Counted from the first letter of the whole stretch, positions 39,560-52,040 are shown. The stretch is 62,977 nucleotides of DNA, filler included, from Octopus bimaculoides (GCF_001194135.2; 6 parts of 5 records of this genome joined end to end with filler, not necessarily neighbours in it), one strand, 5' to 3'. Notes: generated by a model from the sequence alone, not told the origin. A program made the numbers and translations.

Positions 39560-40297
39560 GAACAAGACTTACAAACACTTTCTTATGTGTCCATAGCTTA
39601 CACTGGGTGCATCTTATAGAGTTCCTACCCACACCTTTTCTACAGATCGAGCAGGGCTATCTACCTGAGGGGATTTGTGTTTTGTCTATCTTCCTACTTT
39701 GGTTTTAGCTAGGTTGACTCTAAGGCCCTTCAATTCTAGTCCTTGCTTCCACACCTGAAACTTCTCCTCTAGTTCTGATAGTGACTCCGCAATTAGTGCA
39801 AGGTCATCAGCATAGAGGAGCTCCCAGGGGCAGCCTGTCTTGAACTCCTCTGTGATCGCCTGGAGGACTATGATAAATAGGAGGGGGCTGAAGACGGAAC
39901 CTTGGTGGACCCCTACCTCTACCCGGAATTCATTACTGTACTCATTTCCAACCCTCACCTTACTGGCAGCATCTCTGTACATGGCTCACACAGCTCTCAC
40001 TAACCATTCTTCTATCCCAAGTTTCCTCATTGACCACCAGATAAGGGATCGGGGGACCCTGTCAAAGGCTTTCTCCATGTCAATGAAGGCCAGGTACAGA
40101 GGTTTATCCTTGGCTAGGTATTTCTCCTGCAGCTGTCTCACTAGAAATATGGCATCAGTGGTGCTTTTACCTGGCACGAATCCAAACTGCATCTCATCTA
40201 AATTGATTCGCTCCCTAATTAGTTGGGCTATGACCCTCTCCGTAACTTTCATAACCTGATCTAACAGCTTGATGCCTCTGTAATTATTTGTATCTTG
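39560..40297 (-). mobile_element. Young RTE-clade LINE fragment containing the reverse transcriptase core
   Basis: QFGFVPGKSTTDAIF...AFIDMEKAFDRVPR...GVHQGSVFSPLLF...LLYADDLALIAES; the two ORFs (40252-39986 and 39982-39686) are in the same frame, separated by one TGA. Confidence 0.95.
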
Positions 40298-40340
40298 ATG
40301 CTTCTGTAATTATTCATTAATATTCTTTTTTCTTCTACAG

Positions 40341-40426
40341 TTAGTTCCTGGTTTATATCTCCCATCCTCTCAGGCCTTGTGTCAACTGGCATATTTATTC
40401 TTATCAGATACTATGTCCTCAATGCT
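40341..40426 (+). CDS. SLC20A: Internal exon of a sodium-dependent phosphate transporter, SLC20/PiT family (xSSWFISPILSGLVSTGIFILIRYYVLNA)
   Basis: Strong acceptor ttcttttttcttctacag and donor GCT|gtaagt; peptide matches the PiT motif SWF(I/V)SP(L/V)LSG...LIRxF(I/V)L; 86 nt, phase 1 to 0, as I recall for vertebrate SLC20A1/2 exon 4. Confidence 0.88.
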
Positions 40427-40485
40427 GTAAGTGCTACTTTTCTTTCTATATGTATGCATACACAACATGTACTACATGCATGCAT

Positions 40486-40583
<98 letters not shown>

Positions 40584-40867
40584 CGCACACAATTTCACCC
40601 ACAAAAAAACAAATTAACACATGACTGCTGATTTGATGGTCAAAGAAATGTTTGTAGAATAGTCTACATGAATTTCACCAATAGATAAGAAGCAACACAG
40701 TTGTCAAATCTATTTCAGTTCTTAAAAGTGAGACTTTGAAAGTCTGGAAATGTTGAATATGCAGTCAAGTACTTTATTGTTCCAAACAAATTTTAAAAAA
40801 CTGATGAGAATATGTGAAAATTCTAAAATGGAAAGATAAAACTCTTTAATGAAATATATATATATAT

Positions 40868-41320
40868 GTAGGTGAGGTAGCTGAGTTCCTTTCAAGCAGG
40901 TTACATGGAGGTGAAGTGGCTGTGCTCCTTTCGAGCGAGGGCCTCATGGAGGTAAAGTGGCTGAGTGCCTCTTGAGTGTTTGGGCTTCACGGAGGCGAGT
41001 TGGCTGACTTTCTTTCAAGTGTTGGGCCTCATGGAAGCAATGACCAAGCCCTTTGGCATTATGCCGTGCTTGAGAAGAAGACCCATCAAGCCAAGCAAAA
41101 TCGCACTTGTGGCAGATACTGGTGTCATACAAATGGCACCTGTGCTGGTGGCATGTATAAGCACCCATTACAGTCTCAGAGTGGTTGGCGTTAGGAAGGG
41201 CATCCAGCTGGTGAAAACCATGCCAAAACAGACTGGATCCTTGCACAGCCTTCTGCATGCCAACCAAGTCAAACCATCCACCCCATGCCATCATGGACAA
41301 CAAATGATAATGATGATGAT
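40868..41320 (+). mobile_element. RTE-related 3' UTR with four ~38-bp internal tandem units and (GAT)n tail
   Basis: ggagg...gtggctgag...ctttc...gggcctcat units at 40870-41035, then the same tail as 9865-10165. Confidence 0.75.
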
Positions 41321-41448
41321 GTATGTATGTATATCATCAGTAAATCATAAATCTGAAAGAGAAGCACACTGCAAGTTATAGAGCAGTAGAGTAATCATGG
41401 ATGTGAAACCCTGGTTAGTCTCAAAGACCAGACATAACTATCTGTAAT

Positions 41449-41498
<50 letters not shown>

Positions 41499-41601
41499 AG
41501 AAATAATTGAGATTCAGTTGAATTAGGTACTTAAATCGAAGCACCAAGTCAGTCCGGTATTATCCGCACTGCTCGAAGTAAGGTGAATAAAATCAAAATA
41601 A

Positions 41602-41967
41602 AAGCAACAGGATATCAGGTAGTGATGCAGTACAACCATTTCAAGTGGCTCCATTTACTTGAACAATGCAATCATTACATCAATTTAAATGCAATGCCAT
41701 CTTCAGCTGCTCAAATAAATAAATAGAATTTTAACCAGTTGGACACATTAATATAATTTTTCTCAAATATGTTAACAAAGCAAGAAGATGGAAGAAATTC
41801 ATGTTGTTACTATTGTATGTGTCCAACTAGTTAAAATTCTATTTATTTATTTATTTGTGCAGCTGAAGATGACACTGCATTTAAATTGATGTAATGATTG
41901 CATTGTTCAATTAAATGGAGTCGCTTGAAATGGTTGTACTGCATCACTACATGATATTCTGTTGCTT
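41602..41967. mobile_element. Fold-back/MITE-like element with ~150-bp inverted arms
   Basis: 41602-41748 is the reverse complement of 41817-41967 with few mismatches; 68-bp spacer. Confidence 0.8.
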
Positions 41968-42228
41968 CCCTTCAGGTAGATGGCCCTGCTCAGTATGTAG
42001 AAAAGGAGTAGGTAGTNNNNNNNNNNNNNNNNNNNNNNNNNNNNNNNNNNNNNNNNNNNNTTAATTAATTAANNNNNNNNNNNNNNNNNNNNNNNNNNNN
42101 NNNNNNNNNNNNNNNNTTTTAGGTTTATTCTCGCCTGGCTTTTGGCTTTTGATGGCGGCCATTTTTTGCTTTTCTGTGCGTATGTATGTATGTATCCATT
42201 TATGTATGTAAGTATATATGTGTGCGTG

Positions 42229-42260
<32 letters not shown>

Positions 42261-42267
42261 AATTCTT

Positions 42268-42640
42268 TTATTCTTTTCAGTCATATGACTGCGGCCATGC
42301 GGGAGCACCGCCTTTAGTAGAACAAATCGTCCTCAGGACTTATTCTTTGTAAGCCCAGTACTTATTATACTGTTCTCTTTTGCCGAACCAGCATCGGTTG
42401 TCAAGTGATGGTGGTGGTGGGGGACAAACACGCACACACATGCACACACACAAACACACACACACACACCACACATACACACACACCACACATACACTCA
42501 CACACATATATACGATGGGCTTCTTTCAATTTCCATCTACCAAATCCACTCACAAGGCTTTGGTTGGCCTGAGGCTATAATAGAAGGCACTCGCCCAAGA
42601 TACCACGCAGTGGGACTGAACCCGGAACTGTGATTGTATA
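42268..42640 (-). mobile_element. SINE family A copy
   Basis: Co-linear with the other family A copies; internal (CA)n. Confidence 0.8.
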
Positions 42641-42993
42641 TGTATAGTAATTTGACTGCGGTCATGCTGGTGCACTGCCTTAAAATACTTCATCTCGGCA
42701 TATATACCCCTAAGACTTATAAGTATATGCATATTCTTATATTCCGAGATAAAAGGAAAGAATGTGTGTGTGTTTGTGTATTTGTATACGTATGTGTGTG
42801 TGTGTGTGTTCGTGAGTCTGAGTGTTTGTGTGTGATTGTGTGTTTTTGTGCATGCGTATGTGTGTGTTGGGTTTGTGCGTGTGTGAGTGTCCGTGTGTGT
42901 GTGTGTTCGTGTGTATGAGTGTTTGTGTGTGTTTGTGTGTGTGAATGTTCGTGTGTGTGTGTGTGTGTTTNNNNNNNNNNATGTATGTACCTG

Positions 42994-43024
<31 letters not shown>

Positions 43025-43051
43025 GTGCCTGTGTGTGTATATGTGTGTATT

Positions 43052-43090
<39 letters not shown>

Positions 43091-43129
43091 CGATTTCGTT
43101 TAGTCTATCCGTATTTCTATCCATCTCTA

Positions 43130-44012
43130 TCTCCAGCCAATCAAAGTAAGCCCACTCGACACATGACTAGCCACGTGATTAGCAGAAAGGCGAAACCACT
43201 TCCTGATTCAAAAATGAAACACGTCGACAACAACGTTACCATTCACCTGATCAATCACATGGCGAACTACGTAACTAACCACGTGACAAACATGGGAGTG
43301 GGCGAACATTTTTGAAACCCCTAAGATAATCCCATTTTATTTTCACATTCCAACGGTGGACGATGAATGACGTCAATTGCACGAAACCTTTAGCCATGAG
43401 AAACTAATTTGACAACATGTGTATATAAATAGGCGCAGGCGTGACTGTGTGGTAAGACGCTTGTTTCCCAACCACATGGTTCATCGAAAAATACCTTAGG
43501 AATGAGAACCCAGGTTCGAAATTTCCCCAAGACACCTGATGAAGGCTGGAAGGTATATCAACCGCGTTGTGTTAACAACAAGCAAGATGACGGCAAATAT
43601 CCGTTGAATGTAAATAATGTATCTTTATATCATATCATACAAATGAATTATTCATACATCCATCTTTCTCCATTTTCTTTCTTTCAATATTAACAATATG
43701 TATAAATATGACAATACCTAACATCATTGAGACTAACTCCTTATATGGTAGTGATTAACCAGTGGAATTTTTGGGTTTGTATAATCTCTAATATGGATCT
43801 AACATCCTTGAATTGACTATTATGATTGACCGTTGACTGAACACTATTCAATTTTTTTTCTCCGTGTTTTTCTCCTTGTCTCCGTATTCTTTCTGTTGAA
43901 GAGCGGTGCTCGAAACGTCAAAGACTTTCCGTATTCCCGAGCGTCATACTAATATATACTTTTGTTATTTACACCACCTGTCCTCGTCTGTTGTTATTAT
44001 TTGTATATTCTC
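43130..44012 (+). mobile_element. Stack of Penelope-like terminal repeats with hammerhead-like motifs
   Basis: CTGATGA/CTGTTGA core motifs with flanking stems at 43532-43572 and 43888-43924; a weaker one at about 43355-43395. Confidence 0.55.
43888..43924 (+). ncRNA. Minimal hammerhead-ribozyme-like motif (Penelope type), core variant CUGUUGA
   Basis: tcttt-CTGTTGA-a-GAGC(ggt)GCTC-GAAA-cg-TC-aaaga: 5-bp stem I, 4-bp stem II, palindromic CG in place of stem III. Confidence 0.5.
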
Positions 44013-44182
44013 NNNNNNNNNNNNNNNNNNNNNNNNNNNNNNNNNNNNNNNNNNNNNNNNNNNNNNNNNNNNNNNNNNNNNNNNNNNNNNNNNNNNNNNN
44101 NNNNNNNNNNNNNNNNNNNNNNNNNNNNNNNNNNNNNNNNNNNNNNNNNNNNNNNNNNNNNNNNNNNNNNNNNNNNNNNNNN

Positions 44183-44466
44183 CCACAGGCACGTGTACCC
44201 TTAACGTAGTTCTCGGGGATATTCAGCGTGACACAGAGTGTGACAAGGCTGACCCTTTGAATTACAGGTACAACAGAAACAGGAAGAAAGAGTGAGAGAA
44301 AGTTGTGGTGAAAGAGTTCAGCAGGGTTCGCCACCATCCCCTACCGGACCCTTGTGGAGCTTTTAGGTGTTTTTGCTCAATAAACACTCACAACGTCCGG
44401 TCTGGGAATCGTGGCTGCGGTCGTATGACCGCGAGTCCGCTGCCCTAACCTATAGGCCATTGCACC
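44183..44466 (-). mobile_element. SINE family B, long subfamily
   Basis: Near-identical to 38423-38722. Confidence 0.85.
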
Positions 44467-45089
44467 TCACACACATACACCCATACACACATTCTTTACT
44501 TCATACGAGTTTCAAACCTTCGATAACGTGTTGAACGGTGTATCGCAAAGCAGATAAAAATTGACTGTGGAGTCCCCATGGAAAATAGTACTCGAAAGCT
44601 AAAGGTAGAGGAGAAATAGAGTGTTTTCTTCAAGACTAAAATAAAAACACACAAAAAGAAACTCAGTGTTGATCGAAGTTTCAGGTAAGCGATCATCAGA
44701 CTGAAAATAGAGAAACAGACAGAGAAACAGAGAGACAGTTTGTGAGACTGACTGAAAGAGACAGAAAGGTCCACAGACAGACAGGCAGACAGAAAGATAG
44801 ACAGACAGATAGATAGACAAGCTGACAAATACATATATATCTATATATATATATTGACGTCAATATATATATGTATGTATATGTGCATATATAACATATA
44901 TATATATTTGTTTTTATATATATATATATATATATTGTTGTATACATCAATATGCATTGGAATATATACATGTATATATATATATATATNNNNNNNNNNN
45001 NNNNNNNNNNNNNNNNNNNNNNNNNNNNNNNNNTTAATTAATTAANNNNNNNNNNNNNNNNNNNNNNNNNNNNNNNNNNNNNNNNNNNN

Positions 45090-45124
<35 letters not shown>

Positions 45125-46009
45125 TGTGTGTGTGTGTGTGTGTGTGTTCGCCTGTGAAAGCCTGAGCACGTGTATAAGAGAGTCTGTTCTGCAACACGAC
45201 ATAGGACACATGCAAACATATGTACTATATACACATACGTATGCACATGCGCAAAATTGCTTTCATATGCTCGCACGTTTGTCTTACCTAAGTGCAACAT
45301 ATGTAATTATCGTTAAGTCTTAACTTAATCATTAATAACTTTAAATCTACATGTTTATTATCGACTTTCAAAACCATTTCATACTTTCACAATAACCATT
45401 AATATTAGAGTTGCTAAGGCAATCACCCTTGCCTGATTACGTCGAAATTTTGATGGTTTCTCAAAAGGGTGTGTGGAAAGATAAGGTTTCTTTACATATA
45501 GTGGGGTGATACACAGCGTACAGCGCTGTAGAAATAGTAAACATACACATATAGTGAGCGGGGAGAAGGAATAAAAGTTTTGATATAGACTAGAGTAATT
45601 TTTAAAAGGAATAAAGGGTTTCGAGGGAAGAAGAGTTTGGATAAGTGGTTAAATAACTGTAAAAGATGTATACAACGAGAAGAACAAAATACAGACACAG
45701 ATAAACCCATTTCATCAGCAGACTTTCGTATCAGAATCCTTTGGATTTCGGTGCTCGGAAAAGAAGTTGATATCCTTCATCTGGAAAGTCCATGGATTCA
45801 CATAAAACAAAGCAAAAATAAGTCTTGCGACTAAAAACACACAGGACGTTATAAAAAAAAAAGTCTTACGAGTGAAAATCGAGAAGACGATAATAAAAGA
45901 ATGTTTTTTGACTTAAGACGGAGACAAACATGGAACATAGCGTAAAAAGAAATAGAAAATAGATTTTTCGTCGGATGTCCAACAAAATCACCTCCACAAA
46001 CATGTACGC

Positions 46010-46056
<47 letters not shown>

Positions 46057-47072
46057 CTCTTATTCTTTTACTAGTCTCACTCAGTGATCTGCTGCCAAAA
46101 GCTTTAGTCAACCACACCGATCCCAGGAGGTATTTCAAACCGGTATTAGTTTTATTAATCGCTTTTTATCGAATGGTTAATAGTAACTTTTACTATAAGA
46201 GGACTACACTCGGTTTACACAATCACAATCTCGGATACAATGGTATGGCAAATTTCCCAGATTGCCTTGTAAATGTAGAAGAAATAATTAAGTCCCAGGC
46301 TAACTAAATGTAGTAAACCAAAAAGAATGCGTAACTAATTAACATTACACCAGTAATGAACGGAAATATTATCAGCATTCAGGACAATTTTTAGGAAGAA
46401 TGAGATATACAAGGTGGTGTGAGAGAGTGAGGTTTGGTAAATACAAAGGGGGAGTCTGATGAGTGATAAATATAAGGAGCGGGTGAGTAAATACAATGAG
46501 AATCCAGACATGTTTCTGTATTATTAAAAGTCCTTGCACGTGTTTACCAAATCTCAGTTTGATGAATGAAAAGTGTCGCATTAGAGAATAGAATCTCAAG
46601 ATGCTATTTTTTCAACAGAAAAAATTGAACTCAAAGTTGTAAAGCAAAATAAAAGTTTACTAATTTACAATCTTAATTAATTGTTTACAATAGTGTCGAT
46701 GCTTACTGCAGTAACATTCAATCATATAATTCATACTTCGAACTAGAACGATTGAACCGATGAGAAATATTTATCGCGGGGTTTTGTTTACAGACTGCAG
46801 TGAGAAGATGAAACATACGATCATCTTTTTGGTTTGTTGCCTTAATATCTATTAGCTCGCCTTTCGCCACCTCTCTAAAACTTAATATTGTCACTCATCC
46901 GCTGGAGATAACAGTTAAATCTCCTTTAAATTTCAACTTATCATATTAAAGAAGTTGCTAATGTAGTCCCAGGTACACTGTATCTGAATATAAGACGATA
47001 TGGTCACGGTTTTGATCAATCGATCCGGTTGATGAGGGACGACCTCGAACGAAAATCGTTATTCGATCACTC

Positions 47073-47177
<105 letters not shown>

Positions 47178-47636
47178 GTGTGAAGAGAAGGAGATTATAA
47201 GTCTTAATGGCCATTACTGTTTCACTTGTTTCAATAGGAAATCGAAAATTGATTGATTTAACAGTGTGTCCACTTCTTTGATCGATGTCGATCATAGATT
47301 GTTAATCTTTTAAGAATTTCAATGTTGAAAGAATTTGATCTCAGAAAGCAGAGACAATTGAACTAAGATATAGAAACTGCAGCTCTCTTACCATTTCTAT
47401 CAGGCTAACCTAATACTGTGACCTTTTACCATTACAAAAGGATTTACAATAACATCATATTACAGTTCGAAACCTGACCCGTGTCGCTCCAAGTATAGCA
47501 ATCGTAAACAGCTAAAACCAACAAAATTCTATAGGATCAAGTCATATTCGGTTTCGTTGACCTTTCCCAAAACAGCTTCACAAAACAAAAACAAAGCAAA
47601 AAGACTAAACATAACCGAAACGCTAAACAACTATAT

Positions 47637-47925
47637 ATAGGTGCAAAGGTGTGGCTGTGTGATAAGAAGCTTGCTTTCCAACCACGTGGTTCTGAGTTCA
47701 CTCCCAACTGAGCGGCATCTTGAGCGAATATCTTCTACTATAGCATCGTGCCGACCAAAGCCGTGTGACTGTATTTAGTAGACAGAAACTGAAAGAATCC
47801 TGTCGTGTACGCGCGCGCGCGTGTGTGTTTTCAGCTACCGCTCGACAACCGGTGTTGGTTTTTCTACGTCTCCGTAAACTAGTAATTCGACAAAAGAGAA
47901 CGATAGGATAAGCACCAGGCTTTTT
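47637..47925 (+). mobile_element. SINE family A copy
   Basis: ggtgtggctgtgtgataagaagcttgctttccaaccac head through gataagcaccaggc. Confidence 0.75.
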
Positions 47926-48362
47926 AAAAAATCCAACAAAAAATTCTAAATGCCTCTCAGCATGTTGCATTGAAAAGATGGCTGTGTCGAATTTAATCTT
48001 TATTATTAACGTTTTTCTCATCTCTGTTTATTAAATCCTAATTGTTCCCTTGAAACAATCAAGTTCCCAAATTCATTTTTATCAAAATTTCCAGGCTACC
48101 TTACTTTATGTTCAGGATGTGGAGTGGTTCTGGTGTCTATGCAACCTTCTTTGCACGAGGCACCTCATGCATATACAGATTCTCGTGCTAGAATTTAACA
48201 ATTACAGCGTTGCAGTTCTAAAACACTTCTCTAGGATGCTACGCAATAGGTTTGAACCAGAACTCATTTGGCTATGAAGAGAACGCCTTAACCACAATAG
48301 CACACTTGCAAATATGTACAAACACACACACACACTCACTCATGTATGTATTAATGTGCGTA

Positions 48363-48399
<37 letters not shown>

Positions 48400-48659
48400 G
48401 TGGAAGACAGCGAGAGAAAGGAAGGAGAGAGATTCTTTGCTTGGAACTGGATGTTTTAGATATGGCTACCCTCGACATTTTCTATCCAAAAGGTTTTTTA
48501 AACCAATATTCACATACTATTATTTATAGCATTTATGTGAATCGAGATCCAGTTCCCACAAAAAAAGTCCTCTCGAAAGTTTATAAATTATCATTAAGTG
48601 TGTGTATGTGTGTCTGTATGTGTGTGCGCGAGTGTGTGTGTGTTTGTGTGTATCTTTTA

Positions 48660-49060
48660 TTCTTTAATTCTTTTACTTGTTTCAGTCATTTGAGTGCGGT
48701 CATGTTGGAGCACCGCCTTGAAGGTTTTTAGTCGAACAAATCGACACCAGAATTTATTTTCTAAGCCTAGTACTTATTCTATCGATCGCTTTTGCCGAAC
48801 CGCTAAATTTCTGAGACGTAAACATACCAACACTGGTTGTCAGGCGGTAATATGGAGGACAAACACAATCACAAAGACAGACACACATAGATACATAGAT
48901 ATATATACGACGGGCTTCTTTTAGTTTCCATCTATCAAATCCAATCTCAGGCCTGAGGCTATTGTAGAAGACACTTGCCCAAGGTGCCACGCAGTGTCAC
49001 TGAACCCAGAACCATGTACTTAGGAAGCAAGCTTCTTACCACACAGCCACGTTTGCGCCT
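48660..49060 (-). mobile_element. SINE family A copy, full length
   Basis: Tail tttacttgtttcagtcatttg through head accacacagccacgtttgcgcc. Confidence 0.85.
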
Positions 49061-49641
49061 CTGTGTGTGTGTGTATGTGTGCGCGCGCGAGCGCATGTGT
49101 GTGTGTAATGCGTGCGCAACACTGCGTGTAGCAAAATTATGAAATCCATATAAATATTGCAAAGTTGAGGCTGCAACAATAAACTATAAGCATATAAAAG
49201 CATTCTTTGCATGCGCTTTCACTCTTTTGATTAATGACGAGTTGCCTAAAGAACAAATATGTGATTTAAGTTATTCAGCATAGTAAAAGCATAAATCCTA
49301 AAAGCTTCATATATAACAGCTAGATAAGCTAGGTCAGCAATTGGGAAGGATATTGGGGTTAATTTTCCTCTAAGGAGCGGTCAACGCACCGTGGAACGGT
49401 CTGTCAGGAGACAAATCTCGCCCATTCTAACAGCACAAGGAAAGCAGGCAAGGAATATGCTTACAATGTTATAGTACAACATTACTTGAATATATATTTA
49501 TGTATGTATGCATGTATATATCATATATATATATATATATANNNNNNNNNNNNNNNNNNNNNNNNNNNNNNNNNNNNNNNNNNNNTTAATTAATTAANNN
49601 NNNNNNNNNNNNNNNNNNNNNNNNNNNNNNNNNNNNNNNNN

Positions 49642-49675
<34 letters not shown>

Positions 49676-49679
49676 GTAT

Positions 49680-50560
49680 AATAGACAAAAACAGATAACA
49701 AAGCGAAGGCTGAGGAGTTTTCAGGACATTTATAAGGAAAAAGTTATAGTCTTACAGCTGTTTCTGCCATATTATGTAAATTACATCATCAGAGACAATG
49801 TGAGAAAGGTAAATGGAAAAGGAGGAAATAGGGAAATAAGACAAAGAAAGTAGAAATAATATATAAAATATTGTTGTTGCAATTCCAATATTGGAGTAAA
49901 GTGGTGTATAGAAGAGGTAAAAACTTTTCTTGTACATCGTAAGTTCTGAGAGGAGTTCGTGTTTAGTCATTTTAAATTATGGAGCCGTGGATTCTGTGTT
50001 GTTGTTTCTAAGTGGTTTTGTGGTGTGAATGAATATATTGGTAGTATTTCTGGGTAGATGGTGTTGATGGGAAGATGCGTATGATTAGAATGATGAGAGA
50101 GGTCAAACTGAAGAGAGGAAGAAAGAGAGAAAAAAAGGAAAAAGGAAAAAAAGGATAAATGAGTAATGATAATAAGAAAAGAGAAAAGAAAAGATGGAGA
50201 GAGAAGAAAAAAATTACTGAATAGTGACAAGGAAAAAGAAAACTGAAGACAGGGCGACAGAGGTAAGAAAAAGCATGTTAGTTGGTGGTCAAGATAATGT
50301 CAGGGGAGGATGGGAGAGGAGCGGGGAATGAGAGGATAGGAAGGGATGAAAAGGTAAGGAGTGAATAAATGGGGGACGTGTGGCTAGGGGGTGTTATGAT
50401 AAGGCCATATTATGGGATGGGTTGAGAGAAGGTATTGGTGGCGGAGGAGGGGATAACAAATTAAGTAGTAGTTTTAGTTATAGAATTAAGTGTAGGGAAG
50501 AATAAAAGGATGTAAAATTTCTATAAGTAGACGTGTATGATGGTTAATGTGATAGTATCA
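49680..50560 (-). mobile_element. Degenerate Penelope-like element end
   Basis: Minus-strand gtct-CTGATGA...GAAA-cagctg-TA-agac hammerhead-like motif at 49749-49796; purine-rich degenerate coding remnant upstream. Confidence 0.45.
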
Positions 50561-50881
50561 GAGAGGAGGAAAGAAGGTATAAATGGTACCCGTACGCTCG
50601 CACCCACGTACCTATACATGTGCGAATACGCATACACACATATACACACATACATACTTATATATACGTATATATACATACGCACACATATATAAGCACC
50701 TGCATTCTCCCACGCATCCATAAAACATTCATACAAGCATATGCGTGCGCATACGCACATATATGCGTGCAGGTGCACTCGCGCTTACACAGAATCACAC
50801 GCACGTGCGTATACATGTACTTACGCATACTTATTTACACATATACCCACACACTCATGTATATTTGTATATACATATGCA

Positions 50882-51600
50882 TTCTCCATTTCAAGCAATG
50901 CATTGGTCCACACGCTTCTTCCAGTGTTAGAAGCTATGTTGGAAATCATTGGATGTGATGCCTTTCAACACCTCCGTTGTTTTTGTCTTACTTCTTCCAC
51001 ATCTGTAAATTACGCAGCAACAGATTTTGTCACCAATGACGACCTTCGAAAAGGGTCCAGATAAATTTTCAAATTTTCTTTCAGTTCATGACACGTGTTC
51101 TGCCGTGAATGCTTTTGATCTTCAATTAGCAACGGAGGCACACATTTTGCTACAACTCTTTCATTCGCAATTATTACGTCGCTCAAAATGTGTTGGCAGG
51201 CACTCCGGGACACACATCAGTCACATCAAGAAGTTCGTCATCTCTTCGGTGACCGGTCATCTAAGATCGGTTCATGAATTTTCATGATGTTTTCTATTGT
51301 TCAGGAAGCCGACGGTCGTCCTGAACGAGGCTGGTGCTCAAGAGACAAGTGACCATTTATAAAGCGTGCAAATCTCTCGAAAACTATTGTTTTGCTCATA
51401 GCAATGTTTTTGTAAGTAGTCTGAAGCATGACAAATGTTTCGGCCGCCGTTTTCCTCAACAGAACACATCATTCCACGGAAGAACATTGTTCTTTCGTTC
51501 CCACAAATGCAAAAATCGATGGACAGGCGAACAGCAATGCAAAAGAAAGAGGCACAACATGGCAGTAAGAATACAGAAAATGCTACCGGTCGTCAACTGA
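50882..51600 (-). mobile_element. Internally deleted mariner transposase fossil
   Basis: N-terminal GKTAAETFVMLQTTYKNIAMSKTIVFERFARF...QPRSGRPS; VAKCVPPLLIEDQK; then a jump to the C-terminal DVEEVRQK...GITSNDFQHSF*HWKKRVDQCIA*NGE. Confidence 0.8.
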
Positions 51601-51847
51601 TGTCTGAGAGTTCAATGAAGTGTTCCTTGTAGCGGAAGACTTGAACTACAAATGGCTTAGCTCTTCGAAACGCCGGTGGTGAACAAGGGGGTAGCTGATG
51701 AAGAAGAATGTTCTCTATGTGGCTTGTGTGTTTTCTCGTCTACGTTTTGTTTACAATGTCCTGCACCCAGATATGTACCTATACATACAGGTGGATGTCG
51801 GTATGCACATACCTGTACGTATATATGCATACACTCATTTACTATTT

Positions 51848-51946
<99 letters not shown>

Positions 51947-52040
51947 TGTATGTATACACATATACATATATATATAGAGAGAGACAGAGACAGAGACAGA
52001 GAGACAGAGAGAGACAGAGACAGACAGAGATAGAGAGAGA

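Noticed and set aside
40868-41035. Regularly spaced ~38-bp repeats as a CRISPR-like array
   Set aside because: Units are contiguous degenerate tandem repeats in a retroposon 3' UTR with no unique spacers; eukaryotic context.
44660-44705. CTGATGA...GAAA on the minus strand and a strong plus-strand donor CAG|gtaagc
   Set aside because: No stem II pairing and stem I out of register, so not a hammerhead; no acceptable acceptor for a plus-strand exon.
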